Part shown: in pieces, positions 8,478 through 18,376 of the stretch
How positions within the stretch are numbered: the stretch's first letter is position 1
Layout: each line of letters opens with the position of its first letter
Position numbers and translations under genes: made by a program
The notes under the pieces: generated by a model
Databases searched by the model: none
The model's input: the letters and a program-made list of their open reading frames with translations, nothing else
Told to the model about the DNA's origin: nothing
Origin: a bacterium
GTDB taxonomy: Bacteria > Patescibacteriota > Minisyncoccia > UBA6257 > GWB1-50-10
Reading direction: 5' to 3'
Length of the DNA stretch: 64,000 nt
NCBI GenBank assembly: GCA_030647415.1
Contig: JAUSKB010000026.1
Coordinates: 74,894-138,893 of the forward strand

Positions 8478-8508
8478 ATTGACATTTATGCATAATTAGT
8501 GTTATCAT
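8478..8508 (+). promoter_or_regulatory. conserved promoter-like sequence ATTGACATTTATGCATAATTAGTGTTATCAT (TTGACA ... TGCATAAT / TATCAT)
   Basis: Near-identical copy (30 of 33 positions) at 20614-20644; both head low-GC islets. Confidence 0.5.
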
Positions 8509-8590
8509 TTCATCAGCAACGTCCACTAAGGGCGTGCTTCACAAAAAATCTTCGTGGCCCGAACGAAAGGGCTAACGAAAGGAGATTTAT

Positions 8591-9205
8591 GTGTCAAAAT
8601 TCCAAATTCTGCGACCCGTGATCGTGGTAGTGGTCGCAATATGCTCATACCAAATCCTGGATTCGGTATGGGGCAACGACGACGCTTCTCTGTTTGGCGC
8701 AATGTTTTTCTGTGTTCTCGCGGTCGCCTTCTTATTCCCCTTCGGGGGAAATGTGGCACTGTATGACCTCCTCATGAAAAAGCAGCGGGCGATCAAAAGG
8801 ATCGCTACGCTCATTGTAAATGAGTGCGCGTACGGTCCGGGCGGCGTCAAAATAGATCCTGAATTATTCGAAATGTCCTTGAGGGAAAAGTCGAAACGCG
8901 AGGAGATGCAGGCGCTTCTCGATTCTCTCGTCGCCGAAAAAGCGCGGGAGGCGGCGGATGCGTTCATTGAGCAGAAGGGCGCCCAAACCGCACTGCAAAA
9001 TATGCGCCGCGACCTGAAAAACAGAATCGGATGGGGCTCGAAGACTCGGAATCAAATCGACACAGAGCTCGAAGTTGTCCAGAGAGCAGATGAAAAAGCG
9101 ACGGTAGCGAAAGTATGGTTTAATCGACGCCGAGATGTCGTTCGCGACGCGGGATTCGAGGTGTGGGACGATTTTGAGTGTTATCTAGCACTTAAAATCA
9201 ACTGA
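8591..9205 (+). CDS. hypothetical membrane protein (low-GC islet); GTG start
   Basis: 204 aa; SD AAAGGAG 6 nt upstream; N-terminal hydrophobic segments. Confidence 0.5.
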   Translation: MSKFQILRPVIVVVVAICSYQILDSVWGNDDASLFGAMFFCVLAVAFLFPFGGNVALYDLLMKKQRAIKRIATLIVNECAYGPGGVKIDPELFEMSLREKSKREEMQALLDSLVAEKAREAADAFIEQKGAQTALQNMRRDLKNRIGWGSKTRNQIDTELEVVQRADEKATVAKVWFNRRRDVVRDAGFEVWDDFECYLALKIN

Positions 9206-9249
9206 CAGAGTTAATCCGAGCCCCTGCGTGAACCGCGGGGGCTTCGACT

Positions 9250-9633
9250 TTATTCTTTATCTTTTTCCTGTCTACCAGTATCTTTATCAAATTTCATTGT
9301 CTCTTCTCTGCTTGATATCCCAGTGACCCTTCGTAAGACATCCAAAAGGTTGAGAATTTCGATATATGTTTCTTGGAGTTTTTCATCAGTTCTTTTAAAT
9401 TGTTCATCGTATTGCGCCCTCTTATCTACCCACTGGTCGAGTGCGGGGAGCTCTCGCATATCCACCTTTCCTTCTCCAGCAAGATTGTTGTACCCTGCTG
9501 GCACTCTCTGCAAGCGTCCAATTTGGTCAACCACGCTGGTCAAGCTGTCGATACTCTCGCGCATTTTTTGAATACCAGCTTCAAGTCCGCCCTCTTTTGC
9601 CGATTTCGGTTGTTCGGTGTTTGGGATTTCCAT
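9250..9633 (-). CDS. hypothetical protein (low-GC islet)
   Basis: 127-aa charged ORF convergent with the 8591 gene. Confidence 0.45.
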   Translation of the reverse strand: MEIPNTEQPKSAKEGGLEAGIQKMRESIDSLTSVVDQIGRLQRVPAGYNNLAGEGKVDMRELPALDQWVDKRAQYDEQFKRTDEKLQETYIEILNLLDVLRRVTGISSREETMKFDKDTGRQEKDKE

Positions 9634-9756
9634 ATTTTTTATTTTACACTATAAGCAGAAAAACACCAACAGAGAGAAGGTTTATTATCCGAGCCACTGC
9701 ACACAGCGCAGGAGCTTAGACTTTAATACGTGGTAATATGTAATCGGTAATAGGAA

Positions 9757-10926
9757 ATGAAAGACCAGGAAATCAAAAAACTCATCGCGCGTGAGGAAGA
9801 GCGCCAGAGGAAGGTGGTCAATTTGATTGCATCGGAAAACTACGTTTCGGACGACGTGCTCGCCGCACTCGGCTCCGTCCTCACCAACAAGTATGCCGAG
9901 GGGTACCCCGGCCGCCGCTACTACGGCGGGAACGAAATCATGGACGAGGTCGAGGAGGTCGCGAGAAAGCGGGCACTAAAGCTCTTCAAGCTCTCGCCGA
10001 AGCGGTGGGCAGTGAACGTCCAGCCGCTCTCCGGCTCCCCCGCAAACCTCGCGGTTTATCTCGCGCTTGTCCCCCCCGGTGGGAAGATCATGGGACTCTC
10101 GCTCGCAATGGGTGGCCACCTCACGCACGGTTCACCTGTTTCTGCGACCGGAAAGCTTTGGACGTGGGTACACTACGGCGTGGACCAGAAAACGGAGCGG
10201 TTGAATTACAACGCCATACTGAAACTGGCGAAAAAGGAAAGGCCAAATCTCGTCGTCTGCGGCTTCACCGCCTACTCCCGAACCATTGATTTCAAGAAAT
10301 TCCGGAAAATCGCCGACGCGGCAGGCGCGTATCTCATGGTGGATATGTCACATATCGCGGGGCTCGTCGCGGCAGGCGCGTATCCTTCTCCATTTCCACA
10401 CGCCGACGTCGTGACCACCACGACGCACAAAACACTGCGTGGTCCGCGGGCGGCAATCGTATTCTCAAACAAACAAATACCAATCACTGAGGTGATTGAT
10501 AAGGCTGTCTTCCCCGGCCTCCAAGGCGGGCCACACATGAATACGATTGCGGCCGTGGCCGTCGCGCTCGCGGAGGCGGCGACGCCAGCATTCAAACGGT
10601 ACGCGAGGCAGGTCGTGCGGAACGCGGCGGCGCTCGCTGGCGCACTTGCCCGCCTTGGTTGGCGGGTCGTCTCCGGCGGCACCGACACGCACCTCTTCCT
10701 CGTAGACACGATGGCGGGCGGCATCTCAGGCAAGCTCGCGAGCGAGAAACTCGAGCGGGCGGGCATTATCGTGAACAAAAACACGATCCCCTTCGACACA
10801 CGAAAGCCGACCGACCCTTCCGGCATTCGTCTCGGTACCGCCGCGGTCACGACGCGCGGTATGAAGGAGGCGGATATGCGCCGCCTCGCCCGTCGCATCA
10901 ACCGAGCGCTCTGCGACAAGCGGTAA
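9757..10926 (+). CDS. glyA: serine hydroxymethyltransferase
   Basis: 389 aa; LIASENY, PLP-lysine region TTTTHKTLRGPR. Confidence 0.92.
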   Translation: MKDQEIKKLIAREEERQRKVVNLIASENYVSDDVLAALGSVLTNKYAEGYPGRRYYGGNEIMDEVEEVARKRALKLFKLSPKRWAVNVQPLSGSPANLAVYLALVPPGGKIMGLSLAMGGHLTHGSPVSATGKLWTWVHYGVDQKTERLNYNAILKLAKKERPNLVVCGFTAYSRTIDFKKFRKIADAAGAYLMVDMSHIAGLVAAGAYPSPFPHADVVTTTTHKTLRGPRAAIVFSNKQIPITEVIDKAVFPGLQGGPHMNTIAAVAVALAEAATPAFKRYARQVVRNAAALAGALARLGWRVVSGGTDTHLFLVDTMAGGISGKLASEKLERAGIIVNKNTIPFDTRKPTDPSGIRLGTAAVTTRGMKEADMRRLARRINRALCDKR

Positions 10927-10940
10927 AAAAACCCAAAAAA

Positions 10941-10980
10941 TTCTCATTCTAACCCCGCCATGGCGGGGTTAGAATGAGAA
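10941..10980. terminator. perfect 19-bp-stem hairpin TTCTCATTCTAACCCCGCC-AT-GGCGGGGTTAGAATGAGAA
   Basis: Perfect palindrome directly after the glyA stop codon. Confidence 0.6.
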
Positions 10981-11027
10981 TTTTCCGCGCCTGTACACAG
11001 CGCGCCGGTCCGAATACCATTACCATC

Positions 11028-11912
11028 ATGGTCATCAACGGAAAGCGAATGGCCCAGGACGTCATAGGGCATCTGAAGGCGCTCCCGCGGCCAGACCGGT
11101 TCCTCGTCGCCATCGTCGCGCGAACGGACGAAGCGACCCAGAGCTTCATTCGCCAGAAGGAGCGCACGGCACACGAGCTCGGCATTAATTTCCGCGTCTA
11201 TCAATGCTCCGGGAGCGTCACCACCGACGAGGTCGCAGGTACCGTCCTCGCGTATGTGGCGGACCCGGCCTGCGGCGGCATCGTAATCCAGCTCCCGCTC
11301 CCGCCACAGGTGAGCCTGGCCGCCGTGCTCGCCGAACTCCCCGTCGAAAAGGATGTGGATGCTATCGGCGAGCAAGCCATACGAGCTCTGGCGGCCGGGA
11401 CGGCGCAAGTGCTCCCGCCTGCCGTCGGAACGGTCCGGCACATTATCCTCTCCATCCTCGGCATACCCCAGGAAGCCATGCCTGGCGAGGAGGATGGTGC
11501 GGTGACCGCATGGCTCTCGTCGCGCCGCGTCGCCATCCTCGGCCGCGGTATCCTCGTCGGCCAGCCCGTCGCCCGCTGGCTCGAGGGGAAGGTGCCGAAT
11601 CTGACGACAATCGACGTCGGCGACGACCACTCCCCCGTACGCGATGCGGACCTGGTGGTCTCCGGCATGGGCCAGGCGGGCGGGCTGAAACCGAATGACT
11701 TGCGGCCAGGCACGACAGTCATCGACTTCGGATACTCGAAGGTAACAGGTAATGAGCAAGAGGTGATAGGAAAGAAAATTTCAGGGGACCTGGATACATC
11801 CGAACTTCAAACTTCAAACTTACAGCGTATAAACTTCACACCGACCCCCGGCGGAACTGGCCCCATCCTCGTCGCGCAACTTTTCGAGAATTTCTACGAG
11901 CTGAACCAGTAG
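11028..11912 (+). CDS. folD: bifunctional methylenetetrahydrofolate dehydrogenase/cyclohydrolase FolD
   Basis: Starts MVINGKRMAQDV...; Rossmann GRGILVG; the ORF-track start at 10974 lies inside the terminator, so ATG 11028 was chosen. Adjacent to glyA (one-carbon pair). Confidence 0.8.
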   Translation: MVINGKRMAQDVIGHLKALPRPDRFLVAIVARTDEATQSFIRQKERTAHELGINFRVYQCSGSVTTDEVAGTVLAYVADPACGGIVIQLPLPPQVSLAAVLAELPVEKDVDAIGEQAIRALAAGTAQVLPPAVGTVRHIILSILGIPQEAMPGEEDGAVTAWLSSRRVAILGRGILVGQPVARWLEGKVPNLTTIDVGDDHSPVRDADLVVSGMGQAGGLKPNDLRPGTTVIDFGYSKVTGNEQEVIGKKISGDLDTSELQTSNLQRINFTPTPGGTGPILVAQLFENFYELNQ

Positions 11913-11985
11913 GCTCAAATGAATCACGACAAATATACGATTACTGACGGCCGTGGCTAATCGTATATTCGCCACGCAGAAGCAG

Positions 11986-12028
11986 TGAATGTTACCCTAG
12001 ATTATAACCTAGGGTAACTTATGCATTC
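11986..12028. promoter_or_regulatory. palindromic operator-like site TGAATG-GTTACCCTAG-ATTATAA-CCTAGGGTAAC-TTATGCATTCA
   Basis: 10-bp perfect inverted repeat with extended outer arms, about 25 bp upstream of a consensus -35. Confidence 0.45.
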
Positions 12029-12038
12029 AGAATCTATC

Positions 12039-12067
12039 TTGACATATCTGTTGTAATAGTGTATGAT
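12039..12067 (+). promoter_or_regulatory. consensus sigma70-type promoter TTGACA-N17-TATGAT
   Basis: TTGACA 12039-12044, TATGAT 12062-12067; about 240-nt leader before the ATG at 12308. Confidence 0.55.
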
Positions 12068-12307
12068 GTAGACACAGTTCATTCCTAAATTCTGACCTCA
12101 AATGCAACTGGAGGTGGACACCTGGATATTGAGAGCTGGATATGCGTTTGAAGGGCGGTCAGTAGGGAGGAATGAGAAAAGGATAGGAACACTCTCATCT
12201 TTTTCCCGTTTCTTCACAATTCAATAACGAAGGAACTGGTGAGATGCCGTTTGGATTCACTAAGAATCGAATTGCATTTCAAAGTCGAATTTTCGAGAGA
12301 GGTTGTC

Positions 12308-12595
12308 ATGAGTACAAAAAAGTTTTTTGCGGTGATTTCCCCATTTTTATTTTTTGTCGCTGCCGGGATGTCAGCGATGATTCTCTCCGCCGGCGAAAAT
12401 GCGAGGTTGATCGGCGGACCCCACTGGGAAATGGGTGGAGTCGCCCTCTTCGGAATTGTGCTGGGCGCATACGGCATGAGGAGGATGTCCGAAAAGGGTG
12501 GTGATGACGGAATCCCGATGGCCGCGCTCGTGGTCATGATCATGCTGTGCCTGATCGTCGGGATGGTCTCCACGGCCGCCCCGCTCTTCGTGTAG
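12308..12595 (+). CDS. small hypothetical membrane protein
   Basis: 95 aa from the internal ATG with GAGAGG upstream; three hydrophobic segments. Confidence 0.45.
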   Translation: MSTKKFFAVISPFLFFVAAGMSAMILSAGENARLIGGPHWEMGGVALFGIVLGAYGMRRMSEKGGDDGIPMAALVVMIMLCLIVGMVSTAAPLFV

Positions 12596-12611
12596 GGTGG
12601 CAAAAGACAGT

Positions 12612-12640
12612 AAAGCCCCAACAAACATCGTCGGGGCTTT
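12612..12640. terminator. terminator hairpin AAAGCCCCAACAAACATCGTCGGGGCTTT
   Basis: GC stem plus T-run after the 12308 gene; a related CCCCGGCACATCGCCGGG hairpin follows at 12662-12680. Confidence 0.55.
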
Positions 12641-12823
12641 GCACTTGCAGTGGCAACCAAAAGCCCCGGCACATCGCCGGGAATTTTCATATTTACTCCG
12701 TTATATATCTCAATCTTACTATTTTTCCCCCTTCTTATGAGCCATTGACATTATAAATATTCGGTGATATAATCACTTCAGTTTTTCACCACTTAACAAT
12801 TCACCAACAAAAAGAGGTTTTGT

Positions 12824-14173
12824 ATGAAGATTATCGATCGGTTCCTCGAAAACATGGATCGCTCTATCATGGAGCGAGACCCCGTTGAAGAGGCTCGTGC
12901 GGAGCAGGTGGGGCCAACACTAATATTCCTACTCGTCACCGCGGGACTACTCACCTCGATGGAGCTTCGATGGTTCGTTGTTTCATGGCTCGCGCTTGGC
13001 TTCATCGCACTTGCGGCGCGGGTGTGGTTTCTTGCCGACCAGAGGAAGGGGTCCAATTTCTTCCTGCGATTTCTCGCGGGGGAATTAGCGGTACTGCTCC
13101 GATCGGGTGACTTCGTGTGGTACCTGTCGTTCTGGCCAGTGAGCTTAATTGCCTCAACGATTTTCTTCCTAGCTGGGTGGAGGATCACAAGCTTTGCGGA
13201 ACGGCTGGAACGAGAGCTCTCCTCACTCTACCTCCAGGGCGGGAAGTACCACGGCATACACGGCGACACCGCCTGGCAGTTCGCCAACAGCGACATTGCG
13301 GCGCTCCAAGCAACAGGAGCGAGCGCGGTGAGAGCTATCGAGGAAATGCCGGCAACCGTCGAGCGGAAATCGAAATTTGCGCTCGCCTGCGGCTCGATAC
13401 TCGCATTCCTCGCAAGTCCATTCGGCGTAGTCCAGAGTCGGGCTCAGGAAAAACCGAGGGACTTTATCTTCGGCTCAACCGTGCTCGGCATCGAACCGGA
13501 CTTCACGCTCTCCCTCGCGCGTCTGGGAGCCCGCGGACAACGGGGATCGTTCCAGTACCTCGCTGAAGTGGAGTTCGCCGGAACACCGAAGCTCCGAATA
13601 GCATCGATGCGACGCGCGCTCAATCCAGTGGTAGGCGTGAAAGCCGGACAGTTCTCGACACCACAGCTCCAGATCGCGCCGCCGCCAGCAAAATCCCCCT
13701 TCGCGCACGACTTCGCTCACGCGAATGAAATTTCACCGCTTGCACGAGGGCTGGGCATCGACATCGCGATCGGCAGCATCAAAAGCGAGGTGATGATGAG
13801 TAGAGAGCGACTTCGAACGCGGGTCATGGCAAACATGTCCGCATCGCTCGGAAAATTCGGAGCACTCGTCGTGGGAGACGCATTCCGCGGATTCACGAAG
13901 GCGGGTGTAGAAATAACCTGGTCCGATAGTTCATTTGAGAGCCATGCGGGCATCATGGGAACTAACGAGCGGGCTCCGTCCATCTGGGTGACTGGTGCCT
14001 ACACCATAACCGACGGGCTCCGCGCTCTCGCGCGCTACGAACGGTCGCCTTGGTTGAAACGTAAGGAGCAGTGGACCTTCGGTTTCAGTTATCTCATTGA
14101 GACCATCCTCCTGCGCGGCAGTTGGGCGAGCGACGAGAAGGATGTACGCATTCAACTTGCGTACACGTTCTGA
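12824..14173 (+). CDS. hypothetical membrane protein (N-terminal TM segments; C-terminus ends ...IQLAYTF)
   Basis: 449-aa ORF with an N-terminal TM region and a C-terminal aromatic residue. Confidence 0.5.
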   Translation: MKIIDRFLENMDRSIMERDPVEEARAEQVGPTLIFLLVTAGLLTSMELRWFVVSWLALGFIALAARVWFLADQRKGSNFFLRFLAGELAVLLRSGDFVWYLSFWPVSLIASTIFFLAGWRITSFAERLERELSSLYLQGGKYHGIHGDTAWQFANSDIAALQATGASAVRAIEEMPATVERKSKFALACGSILAFLASPFGVVQSRAQEKPRDFIFGSTVLGIEPDFTLSLARLGARGQRGSFQYLAEVEFAGTPKLRIASMRRALNPVVGVKAGQFSTPQLQIAPPPAKSPFAHDFAHANEISPLARGLGIDIAIGSIKSEVMMSRERLRTRVMANMSASLGKFGALVVGDAFRGFTKAGVEITWSDSSFESHAGIMGTNERAPSIWVTGAYTITDGLRALARYERSPWLKRKEQWTFGFSYLIETILLRGSWASDEKDVRIQLAYTF

Positions 14174-14188
14174 ATCCCATAAAACATG

Positions 14189-14209
14189 GCCCCGGCACAT
14201 CGCCGGGGC
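14189..14209. terminator. bidirectional terminator hairpin GCCCCGGCACATCGCCGGGGC
   Basis: Between convergent 12824 gene and recA; same loop sequence as 12662-12680. Confidence 0.55.
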
Positions 14210-14254
14210 TTTCACTTTCATCTTGTGATATTTAAATATTTAAACTTTCTATTT

Positions 14255-15325
14255 CTATTCCTCCTCCTTTCCCACACCGGATTTCGGAGGGATGACGCCT
14301 GAGGCGACAAGCTTCATACGCGCCTCGGAGGCGACGAGCGTCGCCTTCTTAATCGCGCCTAAGAGCTTCCCGTCCTCCTTCAGCCGGTTCCGCACCGTGT
14401 CGAACCCGACGCCGAGTTTCTCGCCTTCATAACTGTAGCTCGCACCTGCCTTCTTCACCACATCCAAGGCGATTGCGGTATTCAGCACATCCCCCTCATA
14501 CGAGATACCTTGTCCGAAAAGGATGTCGAACTCGGCGATCTTAAAGGGCGGCGCCACCTTGTTCTTCGCGACCTTCACCTTCACGCGGTTTCCGACACTG
14601 TCCTCCCCCTTCTTAATCTGCGCGGTGCGGCGAATGTCGAGGCGGACCGAGGCGTAGAATTTCAGCGCCAGGCCGCCCGGTGTCGTTTCGGGGTTTCCGA
14701 ATACGATGCCGATCTTCATGCGAATCTGATTGATAAAAATGACGATGGTGCCGGACTTCGCCGCAATCGCGGTGAGCTTCCGGAGCGCCTGCGACAAGAG
14801 ACGCGCCTGGAGCCCCATGTGCGACGCACCCATCTCGCCCTCGATTTCCGCGCGCGGCGTCAAGGCCGCGACCGAGTCCACCACCACGATATCAATGATG
14901 TTCGAGCGGACGAGACTCTCCACGATGTTCAGCGCCTCCTCCCCGTTGTCCGGCTGTGAGACGATGAGGTCCTTCACCTTCACTCCGATGCGCCCCGCGT
15001 ACTCGGGGTCCAGGGCGTGCTCCGCATCGATGAAGGCGGCCTTCCCGCCCTTCTTCTGCACCTCGGCGACAGCATGGAGCGCGAGTGTGGTCTTGCCCGA
15101 CGACTCGGGACCATAGATTTCGATGACGCGCCCCTTTGGCAGGCCGCCGCCAAGCGCGAGGTCGAGCGAAAAGGAGCCGGAGGAGACGGTCTCCACCTTC
15201 TGCCGCATCCCTGTTCCCATCTGCATGACCGCGCCCTCGCCGAACCGCGACTGGAGCGATTCCATAAGCGTCTCGAGGTCCTTTGTATCCGCTTCCTTAG
15301 GAGCCGGTTTTGGTTTCGGTGCCAT
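14255..15325 (-). CDS. recA: recombinase RecA
   Basis: 356 aa; [13 protein letters not shown] Walker A, canonical RecA core. Confidence 0.95.
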   Translation of the reverse strand: MAPKPKPAPKEADTKDLETLMESLQSRFGEGAVMQMGTGMRQKVETVSSGSFSLDLALGGGLPKGRVIEIYGPESSGKTTLALHAVAEVQKKGGKAAFIDAEHALDPEYAGRIGVKVKDLIVSQPDNGEEALNIVESLVRSNIIDIVVVDSVAALTPRAEIEGEMGASHMGLQARLLSQALRKLTAIAAKSGTIVIFINQIRMKIGIVFGNPETTPGGLALKFYASVRLDIRRTAQIKKGEDSVGNRVKVKVAKNKVAPPFKIAEFDILFGQGISYEGDVLNTAIALDVVKKAGASYSYEGEKLGVGFDTVRNRLKEDGKLLGAIKKATLVASEARMKLVASGVIPPKSGVGKEEE

Positions 15326-16004
15326 TGGTGTGTGGTTCTTGCAACACGGCGGCCGGCGACGATTCCGGTTGGTAGAAGACCTGTTCGGTCCTGGTCACTT
15401 CGCGACCCAGGAATCGCTTCGCCTGGAACACAAACGTATTAAACCCCGGCTCGAGCCGCACCTGCTTTGTAAAACTCCCATCCGGCCCGAGACGCAACAG
15501 CTCGCGGTTCACCGAAACCTCGTCGGCCGGGTCTGCGGTACCCGCGAGGATGAACGACGGCGCTGTCACCACCACCCTACCCACGGGGCTCGTCACCGAG
15601 AGCGCTGGCGTCCCGGTGATCGCTGGCAGGCGAACGATGAGGTACGTGATGATGAGTGCTGCAACGACAATCGCGATAATAAGCCGCTTTGAGAGCCACC
15701 GTGACGTCGTGAACCGGTTCTCGGGGAGGGTGTCGCGCTTACCCGAACGTCGAATATCGGTATGCTCGCGAACGTATGCCTGCCACAGCGAGCTTCCGTC
15801 GAGACTGAGGGTTTCCGCAACCTTCAAAACATACCCACGAGTGTACGGAACTGCCGGCAAAAGCTCGAAGGTCTCGTTCACGAGACTGGTCAGGTAGCGC
15901 TCGGAGATGCCGGTCGAAAGCGACAGCTTCTCGATGGAAAGGTTTCGTCCCCGGAGCGCATCTAGAATCATCGCGGAAACGGTTTGTGTGGGCTCGTGGT
16001 CCAT
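15297..16004 (-). CDS. rodZ: RodZ-like HTH (XRE-type) membrane protein
   Basis: N-terminal HTH ([23 protein letters not shown]), one TM helix, periplasmic C-domain; upstream of recA. Confidence 0.5.
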   Translation of the reverse strand: MDHEPTQTVSAMILDALRGRNLSIEKLSLSTGISERYLTSLVNETFELLPAVPYTRGYVLKVAETLSLDGSSLWQAYVREHTDIRRSGKRDTLPENRFTTSRWLSKRLIIAIVVAALIITYLIVRLPAITGTPALSVTSPVGRVVVTAPSFILAGTADPADEVSVNRELLRLGPDGSFTKQVRLEPGFNTFVFQAKRFLGREVTRTEQVFYQPESSPAAVLQEPHTNGTETKTGS

Positions 16005-16028
16005 GGTTAGTCGGTGACGGCTTCTATA

Positions 16029-18146
16029 TTACTCCTCTCCCCCGACTTCGTACACTTCCCGCGGCTTCGCCCCCTCGCCGGGACCGATGACACCGCGCTC
16101 CTCCATCATGTCGAGGAGGCGCGCCGCGCGGGCGTACCCGACCTTCAACCGGCGCTGGAGGAGGGAGGCGGAGGCCTTCTGTGCAACCTTCACCAACTCG
16201 ACCGCCTGCACGTACAGTGCGTCATCATCGCCATCTTCCGCGAATCCCTCAAAGAGTCCCTTACTATCACCGATGCCGAGCCCTGTCGCCTCATTCCCCC
16301 CGTTTACCGCCTCGATCATAATAGAGCTCTCACGAGGCTCGTTATTGTCCCGGATGAACGAAGTGACCGCTTTAATCTCTTCTTCGGGTACGAAAGCGCC
16401 CTGGATGCGCCGCGGTTTCGAGAGCTCGGCAGAGACGAGGAGCAGGTCGCCACGGCCCAATAGTTTCTCCGCGCCCCCAGTGTCCAAGATGGTTCTCGAG
16501 TCGATTTGGCTCGCCACCTGAAGTGCGATGCGCGTCGTGATGTTCGCCTTGATGAGACCGGTGACGACCTCGACCGAGGGGCGCTGGGTCGAAACGATGA
16601 GGTGGATACCAGTCGCACGCGCCATCTGGGCGAGCCGGATGATGGACCCCTCGACCTCACGGCCATAGGTCTGCATGAGATCCGCGAGTTCGTCAATGAC
16701 GATGACGATGTAGGAGAGCTTCTCGCCCGCCGATTTATTGTAGCTGCCAACATCCCGTGCCCCCGCAGTAAGGAGCGTCTCGTAGCGGCGGTCCATCTCC
16801 TGGATGACCCACCGGAGTGCCCCGATGGCGTGTTTGTTATCGGTCACGACTGGCGCAATGAGGTGCGGCAGGCCGTCATAGATCGAGAGCTCCACCCGCT
16901 TTGGGTCAATAAGAATGAGGTTCAGCATCTCCGGGGAATTTTTATAGAGCAGTGAGAGTAGGATGCTGTGAATGGTGATGGATTTACCTGACCCAGTTGC
17001 ACCAGCGACCATAAGGTGCGGCATCTTCTCGATGTTTAGGAAGATGGGCTCGCCCTGCACGTTCCTGCCTAATGCGAATGTGAGCGGGTCCGCCTTCTGG
17101 AACTCGGGGTAGAGGAGGAGGCTCCCCAGTCGGACCATTGCCGCCGCCTTGTTCGGCACTTCGATGCCGACGAGCGACTTGCCCGGAATTGGCGCCTCGA
17201 TGCGGATAGGATGCGCCGCGAGCGAGAGTGCGAGGTCCGGCGAGAGCGCGGTGATGCGGGAAATCTTCACCCCTTCCGCCGGCTTCAGGGTGTACCGGGT
17301 GATGGTGGGGCCCACGCTAATTTCACCCATCTCCACCGGAATGCCGAAGCTGTCGAGGGTTCGCTTAATGATGTTTGCGTTCGCCTGGAGGTCACCCGCG
17401 GTCGGCTTCTCCACGGATGAGACGAGGAGCGAGAGTGGGGGGGCAATATAATTCCGAATTGGTTTCTGCTTTGCCGCCCGCGGTGCATCCAGTTCCGGTC
17501 CTGGTGCCGCCTCCAACTCTTTCGTGTGGCGGCTCGCCCTCCGGTCAGATTCGCCGTCAGTGCTCGCCATAAGCGCATCTGGAGCAGACGCCGTTTCCTG
17601 GATTGGCACGAGTTTATTATCTGCCACATCCCGTGCACGGCCGAAGAGGCGGGATAGTAGTGAGAGTTTGAATGGCCGATTCACCATCGTGAGGAACGAG
17701 ATGGTGAGGAGCGCGACCATAATAATGACTGATGCGGGCACGCCAAACGGCACTTGTAGTTTCCCCACAACAGTCCCAATCCATCCGCCGCTACCCGGGA
17801 AGATGATGTCAATGAACCCAAGACCGGAGAGGACGAATATGCAGGCGCCGATAAGCGTTACCCCAACCAGTCTGGTACGTTCCGGCGCAAAAAATGAGGC
17901 GGCGATTAAAAAGCAGGTGAGGGGAATGAGCACGTACCCCCACCCGAAGAGCGTCTCCATGATCCCATAGAACCACCCGCCGGCCGGACCGGCCTGACCC
18001 GCGGCAGCAAGTATCGCGAGTAAGCCCGCGCCAAAAAACACGACGATCCAAATTACCTTCCGAATGTCCGGATGAAGGTTTACGAATGGAGATTCGGGAC
18101 GGCGCGATTCGCGATCCCGCTGTTCTCTAGTGCGACGAGCGGTCAT
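16029..18146 (-). CDS. ftsK: DNA translocase FtsK/SpoIIIE
   Basis: 705 aa; N-terminal TM domain, Walker A GATGSGKS, C-terminal gamma winged helix. Confidence 0.9.
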   Translation of the reverse strand: MTARRTREQRDRESRRPESPFVNLHPDIRKVIWIVVFFGAGLLAILAAAGQAGPAGGWFYGIMETLFGWGYVLIPLTCFLIAASFFAPERTRLVGVTLIGACIFVLSGLGFIDIIFPGSGGWIGTVVGKLQVPFGVPASVIIMVALLTISFLTMVNRPFKLSLLSRLFGRARDVADNKLVPIQETASAPDALMASTDGESDRRASRHTKELEAAPGPELDAPRAAKQKPIRNYIAPPLSLLVSSVEKPTAGDLQANANIIKRTLDSFGIPVEMGEISVGPTITRYTLKPAEGVKISRITALSPDLALSLAAHPIRIEAPIPGKSLVGIEVPNKAAAMVRLGSLLLYPEFQKADPLTFALGRNVQGEPIFLNIEKMPHLMVAGATGSGKSITIHSILLSLLYKNSPEMLNLILIDPKRVELSIYDGLPHLIAPVVTDNKHAIGALRWVIQEMDRRYETLLTAGARDVGSYNKSAGEKLSYIVIVIDELADLMQTYGREVEGSIIRLAQMARATGIHLIVSTQRPSVEVVTGLIKANITTRIALQVASQIDSRTILDTGGAEKLLGRGDLLLVSAELSKPRRIQGAFVPEEEIKAVTSFIRDNNEPRESSIMIEAVNGGNEATGLGIGDSKGLFEGFAEDGDDDALYVQAVELVKVAQKASASLLQRRLKVGYARAARLLDMMEERGVIGPGEGAKPREVYEVGGEE

Positions 18147-18215
18147 GGAGTACGTGTGTGCCGAGATGGAGAAACAGTTCTATTAAAGCTGAAAATGAGG
18201 TACCATGCAATTAAT

Positions 18216-18316
18216 CCTGTTAGAAGTTTACATACACATAGGACTGGTTGTAGGCGTGTCGGTGCCAGCACTTCCCTGTGGATATCACAAGTGTGTGTGG
18301 GTAAACTTCTAACAGG
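18216..18316. repeat. Family A palindromic element, copy A3
   Basis: CCTGTTAGAAGTTTACATACACAT ... GTGTGTGGGTAAACTTCTAACAGG. Confidence 0.8.
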
Positions 18317-18376
18317 TCGTTCGACTCTGAGAGTCTCGGACTCGAAGAGATAAACCCGCCACATAAAACCTAACCA

